The notes beneath the pieces are model-generated. The model was not told where the DNA came from. It worked only from the letters and a program-made list of their open reading frames with translations, and searched no databases. The position numbers and the translations under genes were made by a program. Shown here piece after piece: positions 9,204 to 19,563 of a stretch of 64,000 nt of DNA (positions are counted from its first letter, which is position 1; every line of letters starts with the position of its first letter). This DNA comes from Vicingaceae bacterium. GTDB taxonomy: Bacteria > Bacteroidota > Bacteroidia > Flavobacteriales_E > Vicingaceae. The stretch is from NCBI GenBank assembly GCA_965284565.1, contig OZ260100.1:1658046-1722045 (forward strand). The letters are read 5' to 3'.

Positions 9204-11408
9204 TTAACCCTTTCTTGCTAAAGCTGCTAAAACCATTTTTATATCATTATAAGAAATACTGTTGTCCAATTGAGACTTGAGTTCATTTAGTCCAGAAATT
9301 TCTTTGCTCTTTTTGTACACCTTAGTAATAGTATCAATGGTTTTTTTAGGAAGTAAGGTTGCGATGTCAATCTCTCCTTCGCCAACATAATGAGCCAAAT
9401 GTCCAATTATAGTACCTTCTACAAATCCTCTTTCTTTGGCAATTTCTTTTACATTTTTACCTGCTTTATATAAATCAAAACTCACTTTCTTGGTATCAAC
9501 TTTTGGAGCTTTCTTTTCTACTTTTTTCAGTTTTTCAGTGCGTTTTTCAGCTTCTTCTTTAAATGTTAGTTTACTTTTATCAAATTCTTGATTATTAATT
9601 GCTGACTCTACTAGTGTTTTAGCTTTTTGTAATTGTTGAATTTGTTTAAAAAAGTAAGCTTCTAACTCTTTAAGTTCAGTAATGTATTTTTTTACTTTTG
9701 TTTTACTTTTTAAGTGTTTAATGTGTTCAAAAATAGACTCAGATTGGTTTTTTAAAAGCGGAATAAAATAATCATTAGCAGCATTTATTCTTTCAAATAA
9801 ATATTGGTGGTCGTTGTTTTCAGAAATAATTTTCTTAAGCTGCCTTTTAAAACTTTCTGTTGGAGAAATTATTTCTTCTACTTTGTTTTGAAGTATTTTC
9901 GCCCATTCCAAATAGCTTTGTTTTGCAGAAAGATTTTCTGCTTTGGTATAACTCTCAGCATGAGCTTTTATTTGGTAAAGCAAATCTGATAAATCGTAAC
10001 TATTTACCAAATAATTTAAGAAAAAATATTTCTCTTCAGTTTTTAAAATATTTTCTATGTCTTTTGTATCAGGTTTCGATTGACAAAATTGAGCTATATG
10101 TTGGTCAATAGATAAGCTATCTGTATTGAGGTTACTGGTCATTACCAAACCATCCAAACTTCTCAATCTTGAAAGAGCAACATAAACTTGCCCCTGAGCA
10201 AAAGCATTTCCAATGTCTATAATAGCTTTATCAAAAGTTAATCCCTGACTTTTATGAACGGTTATTGCCCAAGCGAGTTTTAAAGGATATTGAATAAATT
10301 TTCCTACAATATTTCCTTCAATTTCGTTGTTGCTAGCATTGAGTTGGTATTTTACATTTTCCCAAGTATATTTTTCAACAATAATAAGGTCATCATCACT
10401 GGTTTTTACTTCAATATTGTCATCACTTAAATCTGTTATCACACCAATTTTACCATTAAAAAATTGTTGTCTTCCGCTTGGGTCGTTTTTAATAAACATT
10501 ACTTGAGCGCCTTTCTTTAGCTCTAAACTTTCATCGAGAGGGTAGTTGTAAGGGCTAAAATCGCCTTCTACATCTGCTTGAAAGTAATAAGATTCAGATT
10601 TTAATTTATCTAACTCTTCTCGGTTGTAGCTGTCGGCTTGTTTGTTATGAGTGGTTAGCCGTATAAATCCTTCATCAGGTTTTGGTTTAAAATTGGGTTG
10701 AAAATGTGTTTTTAGTGTTGTAATATCTTCTGGAGAAACCTTGTTGTCTCTTAAATTATTAAGCAAGCCAATAAATTTAGTATCAGCCTGACGATAAATT
10801 TTTTCTAGCTCAATTTGGATAGGAGGAGAGTTGTTAAATGCTTGAGCATTAAAAAAATAAATTGACGAATAGTAGTTTTTTAACACATTCCATTCAAAAT
10901 CTTTAATTACAGGTGGAAGCTGCATTAAATCTCCAATAAGCAACAGTTGAATTCCTCCAAAAGGAACGTTTCTTCTTCTTTTAATGCTTCTAAGCATGGT
11001 GTCAATAGCATCTAGTAAATCTGCTCTAAGCATACTCACTTCATCAATAATTAATAATTCTAATTCTCTTATAAGTTTAATTTTATTTTTATTGAGTTTG
11101 GCATTTTTTAGCAAGGAAGCTGGTGTGTTTACTTGCTGATTTTCATTGAAGTAATTGGTGCCTTTATCATCAGGAATGAAATAACCAAAAGGCAATTGAA
11201 ACAAAGAGTGTAGCGTTACACCTCCTGCATTTATGGCGGCAATTCCAGTAGGAGCAGCAACAATTACTTTTTTGTGGGTATGTTGTACAATATGTTTTAG
11301 AAAAGTAGTTTTTCCTGTTCCTGCTTTTCCAGTAAGAAAAATATGCCGATTAGTGTGATTTATAAATTTTGAAGCAAAAGCCGTTAAGCTTGTTTGGTTG
11401 TAAGTCAT
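9204..11408 (-). CDS. Pif1/RecD-family SF1 helicase with C-terminal helix-turn-helix domain
   Basis: Walker A GKAGTGKTT, Walker B LIIDEVSM, QLPPV, TVHKSQG. A K/E-rich helical linker, then a C-terminal HTH-like segment (KEIAKERGFVEGTIIGHLAHYV). Confidence 0.85.
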   Translation of the reverse strand: MTYNQTSLTAFASKFINHTNRHIFLTGKAGTGKTTFLKHIVQHTHKKVIVAAPTGIAAINAGGVTLHSLFQLPFGYFIPDDKGTNYFNENQQVNTPASLLKNAKLNKNKIKLIRELELLIIDEVSMLRADLLDAIDTMLRSIKRRRNVPFGGIQLLLIGDLMQLPPVIKDFEWNVLKNYYSSIYFFNAQAFNNSPPIQIELEKIYRQADTKFIGLLNNLRDNKVSPEDITTLKTHFQPNFKPKPDEGFIRLTTHNKQADSYNREELDKLKSESYYFQADVEGDFSPYNYPLDESLELKKGAQVMFIKNDPSGRQQFFNGKIGVITDLSDDNIEVKTSDDDLIIVEKYTWENVKYQLNASNNEIEGNIVGKFIQYPLKLAWAITVHKSQGLTFDKAIIDIGNAFAQGQVYVALSRLRSLDGLVMTSNLNTDSLSIDQHIAQFCQSKPDTKDIENILKTEEKYFFLNYLVNSYDLSDLLYQIKAHAESYTKAENLSAKQSYLEWAKILQNKVEEIISPTESFKRQLKKIISENNDHQYLFERINAANDYFIPLLKNQSESIFEHIKHLKSKTKVKKYITELKELEAYFFKQIQQLQKAKTLVESAINNQEFDKSKLTFKEEAEKRTEKLKKVEKKAPKVDTKKVSFDLYKAGKNVKEIAKERGFVEGTIIGHLAHYVGEGEIDIATLLPKKTIDTITKVYKKSKEISGLNELKSQLDNSISYNDIKMVLAALARKG

Positions 11409-11422
11409 TATTTAAAAAGCAT

Positions 11423-12103
11423 TTATTCGTTTCCGTAAGAAGCTAAAACCATGGTAACATCAAAGCCCAACCAAGGAGCAGATAGGTTGGCTCGTTTTCT
11501 ACTCAACCTTTTTTGATATACCATACCAATATTGGTAGCAAATTTCTCTTCATAAAGTTGTTGGCTGATAAGGTTTACATCATTTTGTTGAGTAACAGTT
11601 GAAACAGAGTCCAATGAATATCCTCCAATATTTTCTGCTTGATGAACAGACGTATATTCGTACATCATTTGTCCTTCATTATTAAAATTATTGCCATCCC
11701 AAGTTTTGTTGGCACGAACAGGAAAAATCAATTTTACATAACGAATGTTTTCTTCTACTTTTTGATAGTTGGTGGTGGTAATTTTACTGTCCCAAACATC
11801 TACCAAATCCCATTGAATACTGTCGTTGTGTTTTTTGTAACGTTCTATTCTAAAGGCAGGATCTCCTTGCAAGTCGGTTATTTGAGATTCTAATTTTTCT
11901 TTAATTTGAAATTGAAAAGTATCCACAGTACTATTAAAATCATTATAATAGATAGAATCAACGTTGTAAATAACGTAATTGCCAACAGAAAGTCCTGCGT
12001 AATTATAGTTTAAATTAGGACGCACCACATTATCTTTATCGGATTTGCAGCCAATAAGTGTTATGAAACACAATATCAGACAATATGTAAGTAATCGTAA
12101 CAT
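11423..12103 (-). CDS. hypothetical lipoprotein
   Basis: Lipobox LIGC at the N-terminus; 226 aa; no other motif. Confidence 0.55.
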   Translation of the reverse strand: MLRLLTYCLILCFITLIGCKSDKDNVVRPNLNYNYAGLSVGNYVIYNVDSIYYNDFNSTVDTFQFQIKEKLESQITDLQGDPAFRIERYKKHNDSIQWDLVDVWDSKITTTNYQKVEENIRYVKLIFPVRANKTWDGNNFNNEGQMMYEYTSVHQAENIGGYSLDSVSTVTQQNDVNLISQQLYEEKFATNIGMVYQKRLSRKRANLSAPWLGFDVTMVLASYGNE

Positions 12104-12134
12104 TTTCTAACAGGCTAATTTACAAATTTTTTAC

Positions 12135-13661
12135 TTATTTCTTTTTAGCGATTTCGTATATATCCAATCTTCTATCTTTTAAATTTCTCACACTTCCGAA
12201 ATTATGTAGCTCAGTAAGTAAGTCCATATCCACATCAGCAATCAAAATCATTTCTGTATTTGGTGTGGCTTCAGCTTTTATTCCGTTTGATGGAAATTGA
12301 AAATCGCAAGGCGTAAAAACTCCAGATTGTGCAAATTGAATATCCATATTATGTACATTAGGTAAGTTGCCCACACTTCCACCAATAGCAACATAACATT
12401 CGTTTTCAATTGCCCTAGATTGAGCACAAAGTTTTATTCTGGAAAAACCATTTTGAGTGTCGGTTAGGAAAGGAACAAATAAAATTCCTACACCATCATC
12501 CGCTAGCATTCTTGGTAGTTCTGGAAATTCAACGTCATAACAAATTAAGATGCCAATTTTACCGCAATCAGTATCAAAAGACTTTAGTTGACTACCTCCT
12601 TGCATTGCCCAAACTTTTTTCTCATCTGGTGTAGGATGTAGTTTTTCATATTCTTCAACTTCTCCATTTCTTTTTAGCAAATACCCCACATTGTAAAGTT
12701 GGTTATCAACCAGTTTTGGCATGCTTCCGCCAATAATATTGATATTGTAAGAAATGGCTAGTTTAGAAAAACGCTCAACAATTTCGGGAGTATATTCAGC
12801 TAATTTTCTGATGGCATCAGACTCGTTAAGGTGGTTGTATTTTGCCATTAATGGAGCGTTAAAAAATTCTGGAAAAAGAGCAAAATCGCACCTGTATCCA
12901 CTTAAGGTATCTATAAAATATTCTGCCTGACGCATTAAGTTATCTAAATCTTCATAAGGACGCATTTGCCATTGTACAATTCCTAAACGAACAATTTTTT
13001 TAATGGTTTTGGCTTTTTTTGTAGGTTTTTCATAATAAATATTGTCCCAACGTAATAAAACTGCATATTCTCCAGAAGCTTCATCGCCTTCTAAATACCC
13101 TTTAATAATTCTTACGGGATGGAAATCATTAGAAATTTGATAATTTAAAACAGGATCGTGAATTTCATGAGTTCTAACCTTTTGAATATATTCTTTAGGG
13201 GTCATTTCATTAGCATGTAAATGATAGTTTGGTATTCTGCCACCCATAAAAATAGCTCTTAAATCTAGGCTCTCGCATAATTCTTTGCGATACTCATACA
13301 GTCTTCTACCTAAGCGTAAACCTCGGTATTCTGGTTTAATAAAAATATCAATACCATACAAAACATCACCATCTTCGTTATGGGTATTAAAGGTGTAGTT
13401 GCCCGTAATTTCTTTGTAGGTATGTTGGTCGTCAAATTTTTGAGAATCAACAATAATAGATAAAGCACAACCTGCAATTTTGCCATTTACCTTAATAACT
13501 ACTTGTCCTTTAGGAAATTTATTTAATAAATTGTTGATTTGTCTTTCTCTCCAATAAGAATCAGGCATATTTTTATAGGATGCAATCATAGCTTCTTTTA
13601 ACTCTTCATAATCGGAAAGAGAAAGGAACTCTAATGTGATTTTTTGTTGCTTTTCGTTCAT
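12135..13661 (-). CDS. bifunctional GNAT N-acetyltransferase / carbon-nitrogen hydrolase family protein
   Basis: N-terminal GNAT motif RGLRLGRRLYEY. C-terminal nitrilase-superfamily triad context (FPEFF Glu, ...K..., ILICYDVEFPE Cys). Confidence 0.85.
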   Translation of the reverse strand: MNEKQQKITLEFLSLSDYEELKEAMIASYKNMPDSYWRERQINNLLNKFPKGQVVIKVNGKIAGCALSIIVDSQKFDDQHTYKEITGNYTFNTHNEDGDVLYGIDIFIKPEYRGLRLGRRLYEYRKELCESLDLRAIFMGGRIPNYHLHANEMTPKEYIQKVRTHEIHDPVLNYQISNDFHPVRIIKGYLEGDEASGEYAVLLRWDNIYYEKPTKKAKTIKKIVRLGIVQWQMRPYEDLDNLMRQAEYFIDTLSGYRCDFALFPEFFNAPLMAKYNHLNESDAIRKLAEYTPEIVERFSKLAISYNINIIGGSMPKLVDNQLYNVGYLLKRNGEVEEYEKLHPTPDEKKVWAMQGGSQLKSFDTDCGKIGILICYDVEFPELPRMLADDGVGILFVPFLTDTQNGFSRIKLCAQSRAIENECYVAIGGSVGNLPNVHNMDIQFAQSGVFTPCDFQFPSNGIKAEATPNTEMILIADVDMDLLTELHNFGSVRNLKDRRLDIYEIAKKK

Positions 13662-13724
13662 AATAAAATAAGTTCTATTTTTGTTTTAGAATCTAAACAA
13701 AATTACTTCTTTTTAATCAAGAAA

Positions 13725-15311
13725 ATGGAATATCAAGATATACAAATATGGGAAGTTTTAGCAGGGCTGGGGCTATTTCTTTTTGGTATGTTTATGATGG
13801 AGGAGTCGTTGAAAAATCTTGCAGGAAGAACATTTAAAAAATTCTTGAGGAAGCACACTAATAACTCCGTTAAAGCGGTTTTTTCAGGTACTTTAATTAC
13901 AGGGGCATTACAAAGTAGCTCAATGGTTGCATTGTTAGTAATGTCTTTTGCCGGAGCAGGTATTATTGGTTTAAAAAATGGTATAGGCATTATTTTAGGA
14001 GCTAATTTAGGAACGACTATGACGGGATGGATTGTTTCCTGGCTAGGGTTTAAGTTAGATTTAGGAGCTGTTATCCTCCCGTTTATAGCCATTGGCGGAT
14101 TAGGAATAATTTTTTTAAAATCAGAAAAACTTTCTAACTTAAGTAAATTGTTAATGGGTTTTAGTTTTATTTTTTTAGGGCTGAATTACATGAAAAATGG
14201 TTTTGCTGAATTTGCTGAACATATTGATTTTTCATTTATAGCAGATAAACACCCATTATTATTTGTTGCTTTTGGAGTATTGCTTTCAGCAAGTATCCAA
14301 TCTAGTTCTGCAGCTATGATGATTTTCTTGTCTTCGTTGGCGGCAGGAGTAATTACATTGAATCAGGGTTTTTATTTGGTAATAGGTAGCGATTTAGGAA
14401 CAACCATTACAGCTATTATAGGAACTATAAATGCGAATTCGATTAAGAAAAAAGTAGGGTGGTCGCAAGTCTTTTTTAATGTGTTTAATACGATATTAGC
14501 ATTATCCTTTATTAAAGGGTATAGTTATGTTATAAAAGATGTTTTTACAATACGGGAAGATTTATTTGCATTGGTTGTTTTTCATAGTATGATGAATTTG
14601 GTGGGAATTATTTTATTGTTACCTTTTTTAAAGCAATTTGCCCAGTTGTTAGATAAAGTAATTAGTCCTAAAGAGAAGAAAATGGCTAAAAATCTTGAGT
14701 TGGCAAGTTCTAAGGAAACCCATGCCGGTATTGCTGCTTTAGAACAAGAGTGTGTGGTTTTTATTCAAAAAGCGATAGCTTTGAATCAGCAGTTTTTACA
14801 ACTAATTAAACAAAATAAATCGGTTGATGAGGTGTACTTTAACTTAAAACAATATGAAACTGAAATTGTGAGGTTTTATGTAGAGTTGCAGCAAAATGAG
14901 CTTTCAGAGGAGGAAGCTAACAGAATAAATCAGTTGGTAGCAAGTTTTAGAAATGCAACTCTTTCTTCAAAAGATTTAAAAGATATTAAACATAATTTAG
15001 ATGATTTGAATAAAGCGGCTGTAGATAAGTTTTTCAGTTTGCATAAAAAAGTCAAAAAAAACCAACAGCAGTTTTATAATGAGTTAATGGCTTTAGCAGA
15101 ACATTTTAGCGTTTCTTCTTATGCCGATATTGAACAACTCAATCAGATTCAGTCTGGTTATTATCAGAATGAAGTTGCTATGATTTATGAACTTATTAAA
15201 GAAAGCAAAGAGCCGGAAACAGATATTCCTTCTTTATTAAATATGGTTAGAGAAATAAATAACTCTAACGAATCTTTATTGAGAGCAATGAATAATTTAA
15301 TTGCGAAGTAA
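13725..15311 (+). CDS. Na/Pi cotransporter family protein (paralog 1)
   Basis: Start moved to the ATG at 13725 (MEYQDIQIWEVLAGLGLFLFGM...), removing overlap with the divergent gene. Duplicated QSSSA motifs of NptA-type transporters. Confidence 0.85.
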   Translation: MEYQDIQIWEVLAGLGLFLFGMFMMEESLKNLAGRTFKKFLRKHTNNSVKAVFSGTLITGALQSSSMVALLVMSFAGAGIIGLKNGIGIILGANLGTTMTGWIVSWLGFKLDLGAVILPFIAIGGLGIIFLKSEKLSNLSKLLMGFSFIFLGLNYMKNGFAEFAEHIDFSFIADKHPLLFVAFGVLLSASIQSSSAAMMIFLSSLAAGVITLNQGFYLVIGSDLGTTITAIIGTINANSIKKKVGWSQVFFNVFNTILALSFIKGYSYVIKDVFTIREDLFALVVFHSMMNLVGIILLLPFLKQFAQLLDKVISPKEKKMAKNLELASSKETHAGIAALEQECVVFIQKAIALNQQFLQLIKQNKSVDEVYFNLKQYETEIVRFYVELQQNELSEEEANRINQLVASFRNATLSSKDLKDIKHNLDDLNKAAVDKFFSLHKKVKKNQQQFYNELMALAEHFSVSSYADIEQLNQIQSGYYQNEVAMIYELIKESKEPETDIPSLLNMVREINNSNESLLRAMNNLIAK

Positions 15312-15324
15312 GCCTTTTAAAGCT

Positions 15325-16059
15325 TTATTTTGTATAACGAGGAGTTTTTGGTGAATCTACCACAAGCTCATTCAGTTGGTTCATTTCTTCAGCAGTAAGT
15401 TTTCTCCATTTACCAACAGGCATATCCAGATGGATATTCATAATTCTGATACGTTTTAATTTTCTTACTTCATAACCTAAATGTTCACACATTCTTCTTA
15501 TTTGTCGGTTTAACCCTTGAGTAAGAATGATGTTGAAACTAAACTTGTCAATAGCTTTTACCTTACATTTTTTAGTAACAGTATCTAAAATAGGTACACC
15601 ATCGCTCATTTTTTGAATAAAATCAGCAGCTATAGGTCTATTTACAGTAACGATGTACTCTTTTTCGTGGTTATTTCCGGAACGTAAAATTTTATTTACA
15701 ATGTCACCATCGCTGGTAAGTAAAATCAATCCTTCGCTAGGTTTATCCAATCTACCAATAGGAAAAATTCTTTTTGGATAGTTGATGTAGTCTATAATAT
15801 TATCTTTTTCAACGCGAGTATCTGTTGTACAAACAATGCCAATAGGTTTGTTAAACGCAATATAGTCAAAGCTTTCGTTGGTATTTTTTACAGGTTTCCC
15901 ATCAACCATTACTACATCATCAGGAGTAACTTTTGTTCCCATTTCAGGAACTTTTCCGTTTATCGTTACTCTTCTTTGCTCAATAAGTTTATCGGCAGCC
16001 CTTCTAGAGCAGAAACCCATTTCGCTGAGGTATTTGTTTATTCTAATTTCGTTTTCCAT
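15325..16059 (-). CDS. rRNA pseudouridine synthase, RsuA/RluB/RluF family (RluF-like)
   Basis: Start set to the ATG at 16059 (MENEIRINKYLSEMGFCSRR...), because the longer ORF runs through a tRNA gene. S4 domain plus PIGRLDKPSEGLILLT catalytic Asp motif. Confidence 0.85.
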   Translation of the reverse strand: MENEIRINKYLSEMGFCSRRAADKLIEQRRVTINGKVPEMGTKVTPDDVVMVDGKPVKNTNESFDYIAFNKPIGIVCTTDTRVEKDNIIDYINYPKRIFPIGRLDKPSEGLILLTSDGDIVNKILRSGNNHEKEYIVTVNRPIAADFIQKMSDGVPILDTVTKKCKVKAIDKFSFNIILTQGLNRQIRRMCEHLGYEVRKLKRIRIMNIHLDMPVGKWRKLTAEEMNQLNELVVDSPKTPRYTK

Positions 16060-16101
16060 AATTGAGTTAGCAAAATTAAGAATAGCTTTGGTTATAAAGT
16101 C

Positions 16102-16137
16102 AAAAAAGCCGAATTCAATATTGAGTTCGGCTTTTTT
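16102..16137 (-). terminator. terminator hairpin directly after tRNA-Ser(GCU)
   Basis: 12-bp stem AAAAAAGCCGAA / TTCGGCTTTTTT, 3 nt beyond the tRNA 3' end. Confidence 0.65.
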
Positions 16138-16139
16138 AG

Positions 16140-16229
16140 TGGCGGAGAGAGGGGGATTCGAACCCCTAGTACGATTTCTCGCACGCATGTTTAGCAAACA
16201 TGTGGTTTCAGCCACTCACCCACCTCTCC
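16140..16229 (-). tRNA. tRNA-Ser (anticodon GCU), CCA encoded
   Basis: The reverse complement gives a 90-nt class II tRNA: acceptor GGAGAGG/CTCTCTCC, anticodon loop TTGCTAA, long variable arm, T-arm GGGGTTCGAATCCCC, 3' GCCA. Confidence 0.92.
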
Positions 16230-16242
16230 AAAATGGGAGCTG

Positions 16243-16250
16243 CAAATGTA
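16243..16250 (-). promoter_or_regulatory. -7 box TACATTTG (minus strand) for tRNA-Ser(GCU)
   Basis: CAAATGTA on the plus strand; 14 nt upstream of the tRNA 5' end. Confidence 0.4.
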
Positions 16251-16314
16251 ATAATCCATTTGTTATAGAAGAAATATTAATCCTATTTTTTTCAATAAAA
16301 TTATACGTTGATTT

Positions 16315-17172
16315 TTACCACTTTAGAAAAATATCTCCAATTACAAAAACAGCAAATAGAACACTTGCTATTCCATTTGTGGTAAAAAAAGCTAAATTTA
16401 CTTTACTTAGGTTGGTTGGAGAAACAATTAAATGCTGGTAAATTAATAATCCGATAAAAACAGCAGCACCTATCCAATACAACCAATTAAAATCTGACTG
16501 AATTCCTGCCCAAATCACAAAAAAAGCGGCAATTAAATGTAAAAATGATGAAAAATGTAGTGCGTTTTTTCTTCCCATCCAAACTGGAATGGAGTGTAAT
16601 TGTTGTTGTTTATCAAAACTTTCATCTTGCAATGCATAAATAATATCGAAACCGCTCACCCAAAATAATACAGCAAAAGAGAAATATAATGGAAGCCAAT
16701 CGAAAACTCCTGTAACGGCCAAATAAGCACCAATAGGAGCTAAGCCTAAACCTATACCTAATACTAAATGACATAAAGCTGTAAATCTTTTGGTGTAGCT
16801 ATAGCCTAAAACAACTAACAATGCAATAGGAGAGAGGTAAAAACATAAAGGGTTTATAAAGTAGGTGGTAGCAATAAATAGCACACAATTTATAATTACA
16901 AAAACCAAAGCTGAGGTAGGTTTTATCGTTCCATTAGGGATTTCTCTTACATTGGCAGTACGTTCGTTGGCTTTATCAATTTTTCGGTCAACATAGCGGT
17001 TGAAAGCCATAGCAGCACTACGAGCAAAAATCATACAGAGAATTACATAGATAAAAGTTGTCCATTTAAAATCATATTCATGCAAACCAATAGCAATAAA
17101 AAAACCAATTAAAGCGAAGGGCAATGCAAAAATGGTGTGAGAAAATTTTACTAAGGATAAATAGTTTTTCAT
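16315..17172 (-). CDS. UbiA-family aromatic prenyltransferase (4-hydroxybenzoate polyprenyltransferase-like)
   Basis: NRYVDRKIDKANERT (NxxxDxxxD) and a second Asp-rich motif YALQDESFDK; about 8 TM helices. Confidence 0.8.
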   Translation of the reverse strand: MKNYLSLVKFSHTIFALPFALIGFFIAIGLHEYDFKWTTFIYVILCMIFARSAAMAFNRYVDRKIDKANERTANVREIPNGTIKPTSALVFVIINCVLFIATTYFINPLCFYLSPIALLVVLGYSYTKRFTALCHLVLGIGLGLAPIGAYLAVTGVFDWLPLYFSFAVLFWVSGFDIIYALQDESFDKQQQLHSIPVWMGRKNALHFSSFLHLIAAFFVIWAGIQSDFNWLYWIGAAVFIGLLIYQHLIVSPTNLSKVNLAFFTTNGIASVLFAVFVIGDIFLKW

Positions 17173-17345
17173 TAATTTAACATGAAATAATTTATGACAA
17201 AATTAAGAAAAGAGGCTCTATAAATAGTTCTTGATAATATTCAAAGTTCAAATATAAGGTTTAAAACAGAATTATTTTAAATTTATAACTGATTATGAGT
17301 GATTTTCGTTTTTTTTTATATCTTAGCCAAAAATTAAAAAGAGTT

Positions 17346-18167
17346 ATGAAGAAAAAAATATTTTTTATCTTATTATCGAGCAGTTTTTTATGGTTTGCTT
17401 GTGAATCTAATAATGAAAATGTAACAACTGAAGAAGAGCTTATTGAAGAAGTAGAAATGGTTACAGAAGAAGAATCTATGAGTTATTTATTGCCTTCTCC
17501 ACTTCAAATTGCAGAAATATTTAAAAATTCAGGATTAACGTATATTGGAGATTTAACTAACTCAACAGAATTAGCTGCTTCTTATAATACAAAATACAGT
17601 CAGAAATTAAATTTTGGCGTTTATTCGGCAGATATGGCTTATTGTATTATAAATAATCAAACACAATCAGCTATTAATTATTTGTCAACGCTAAGAGGGT
17701 TGTCAGAAAAAATGTGGATGACTGATGTTTTTAATACCATGGGTTTATCTAAAAGGTTAGAAAACAATGTTGGTGAACAAGATTCATTAATAACTATAAT
17801 GGCTGATTTGCAAATTAGGTTAGATAATTATTTAGATGAAAATGGAATGGGATATACCGGACCTGTAATTTTTACCGGAGCATGGATAGAAACTATGTAT
17901 TTAGGAGCAAAAGTAAATCAAGCAAATAGCAATGAAAAACTTATCTATAGACTTACTGAGCAATCGGTAGTATTAGAGAATTTGCTAAAAGCGTTAGAAC
18001 AAATCAATGAGGATGGTGATTATGACGAATTGCTTGCTGATTTAAAAGCTATAAATGAAAATTTTGATGTGTTGGAAGAAAGTGAAGAGGCTAAACTTAG
18101 TGATGAACAAGTTGAGAAATTAAGTGTGCAAATTATTGATTTAAGAAATAAGATTATTAAAAATTAA
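17346..18167 (+). CDS. hypothetical lipoprotein
   Basis: Start moved to MKKKIFFILLSSSFLWFAC (lipobox). Acidic helical protein with no known motif. Confidence 0.55.
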   Translation: MKKKIFFILLSSSFLWFACESNNENVTTEEELIEEVEMVTEEESMSYLLPSPLQIAEIFKNSGLTYIGDLTNSTELAASYNTKYSQKLNFGVYSADMAYCIINNQTQSAINYLSTLRGLSEKMWMTDVFNTMGLSKRLENNVGEQDSLITIMADLQIRLDNYLDENGMGYTGPVIFTGAWIETMYLGAKVNQANSNEKLIYRLTEQSVVLENLLKALEQINEDGDYDELLADLKAINENFDVLEESEEAKLSDEQVEKLSVQIIDLRNKIIKN

Positions 18168-18174
18168 ATAACAG

Positions 18175-18642
18175 ATGAAAAAGGTAATATTTTACAGTAC
18201 AATTTTAGTGTTATTATTAACTACTACAGCATTAAAGTTAGAAGAAGTTCAGTGTGTGGCAGCAGATTTAAAAAATGAATTGATGCCAATACTTAAACCA
18301 GAATATAAGTATGATTCATCAAAAATTACAAGGGTTTTATACAAAAAAGAAGCTTTTCAGTCGGGTATAGAAGTACCTTTGTTTATGGGAGAAAAATACC
18401 GTTTTGTTTTTAATACTGCTGGTTTGCCAAAAGACATTGAAATAAATATTTACGATAAAAAGCCTACTAGCAAAAAGAAAAATGCTCTGTTTACATTAAG
18501 TAAAATAAAAGAAGCGGGAAAACATATTTATTCGTTTGAACCAGAAAAACCTAAAAAGATGTATATTGTTTATACTATACCAGCTACTGATGAGGAAGAT
18601 TTAAAAGGCTGCGTGGTGTTTTTATTGGGTTACAAATTATAA
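18175..18642 (+). CDS. hypothetical secreted protein
   Basis: 155 aa with a signal-like N-terminus; starts 7 nt after the previous gene, so probably co-transcribed. Confidence 0.5.
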   Translation: MKKVIFYSTILVLLLTTTALKLEEVQCVAADLKNELMPILKPEYKYDSSKITRVLYKKEAFQSGIEVPLFMGEKYRFVFNTAGLPKDIEINIYDKKPTSKKKNALFTLSKIKEAGKHIYSFEPEKPKKMYIVYTIPATDEEDLKGCVVFLLGYKL

Positions 18643-19436
18643 TTGTCAATAGCTTTTCTAACACTTCCATATTTTGCTAGTAATTCGTTAGCTGTTTTAT
18701 AGTCTATCGATAACGCTTTCATTATCATTTGCGTTCCTCTGTCCACTAACTTGTCGTTAGAAAGCTGCATGTCAACCATCTTGTTGCCTTTCACTTTTCC
18801 TAACTTTATCATTACAGTTGTGGAAATCATGTTCAGCACTAATTTCTGAGCGGTTCCTGACTTCATTCTAGTACTTCCTGTAACAAACTCAGGACCTACA
18901 ATTACTTCAATGGGGTAGTTGGCTACTTCGGCAATTTTAGATTGTGAGTTACAAACAATACAACCAGTTACTATTTCATTTTTATTACAAGTTGATAAGC
19001 CACCAACTACATAAGGAGTAGAACCAGAAGCAGCTATGCCAATAACCACATCATTGGAGTTGATGTTGTACTCTTGTAAATCTTTCCATGCTTGTTCAGT
19101 GTTATCTTCAGCAAATTCTACTGCTTTCCTTATGGCAGCATCGCCACCAGCAATTAATCCTATTACCAAGTTAAAATCTACACCAAAAGTTGGCGGACAT
19201 TCAGAAGCATCAACAACACCTAATCTGCCACTTGTTCCTGCTCCAATATAAAATAGTCTTCCCCCAAGTTGAATTTTTTCTACAACAACATCAATTAATG
19301 GGATGATGCTATCAATACATTTTTCTACTGCAACGGCTACTTTTTTATCTTCATTATTGATGTTGGTTAATAATGCTTCGGTTGACATTTTTTCTAGCTC
19401 ATCGTAGTGAGAATCAGATTCAGTAGTTTTTTGCAT
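18630..19436 (-). CDS. murQ: N-acetylmuramic acid 6-phosphate etherase
   Basis: SIS domain GAGTSGRLGVVDASECPPTF and the GSTRMKSGTAQK motif are characteristic of MurQ. Confidence 0.9.
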   Translation of the reverse strand: MQKTTESDSHYDELEKMSTEALLTNINNEDKKVAVAVEKCIDSIIPLIDVVVEKIQLGGRLFYIGAGTSGRLGVVDASECPPTFGVDFNLVIGLIAGGDAAIRKAVEFAEDNTEQAWKDLQEYNINSNDVVIGIAASGSTPYVVGGLSTCNKNEIVTGCIVCNSQSKIAEVANYPIEVIVGPEFVTGSTRMKSGTAQKLVLNMISTTVMIKLGKVKGNKMVDMQLSNDKLVDRGTQMIMKALSIDYKTANELLAKYGSVRKAIDNYNL

Positions 19437-19563
19437 AGAAATTATTTAAAGTTCAAATATAAGTATGAAAGTGAATTATTTTTTTTATGTAACAAATGTT
19501 ACCAAATTTTATAAATTATCGGGCTTACATTTGAATTATTATTGATTAACTAATTCAAAAACT

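Noticed and set aside
15878-16441. 187-aa plus-strand ORF, and the 5' extension of the minus-strand ORF 15325..16215
   Set aside because: Both run straight through the well-formed tRNA-Ser(GCU) gene (16140-16229) and its terminator. The pseudouridine synthase has a good internal start at 16059 (MENEIRINKYL...). The plus-strand ORF is antisense to that gene and to the UbiA gene.
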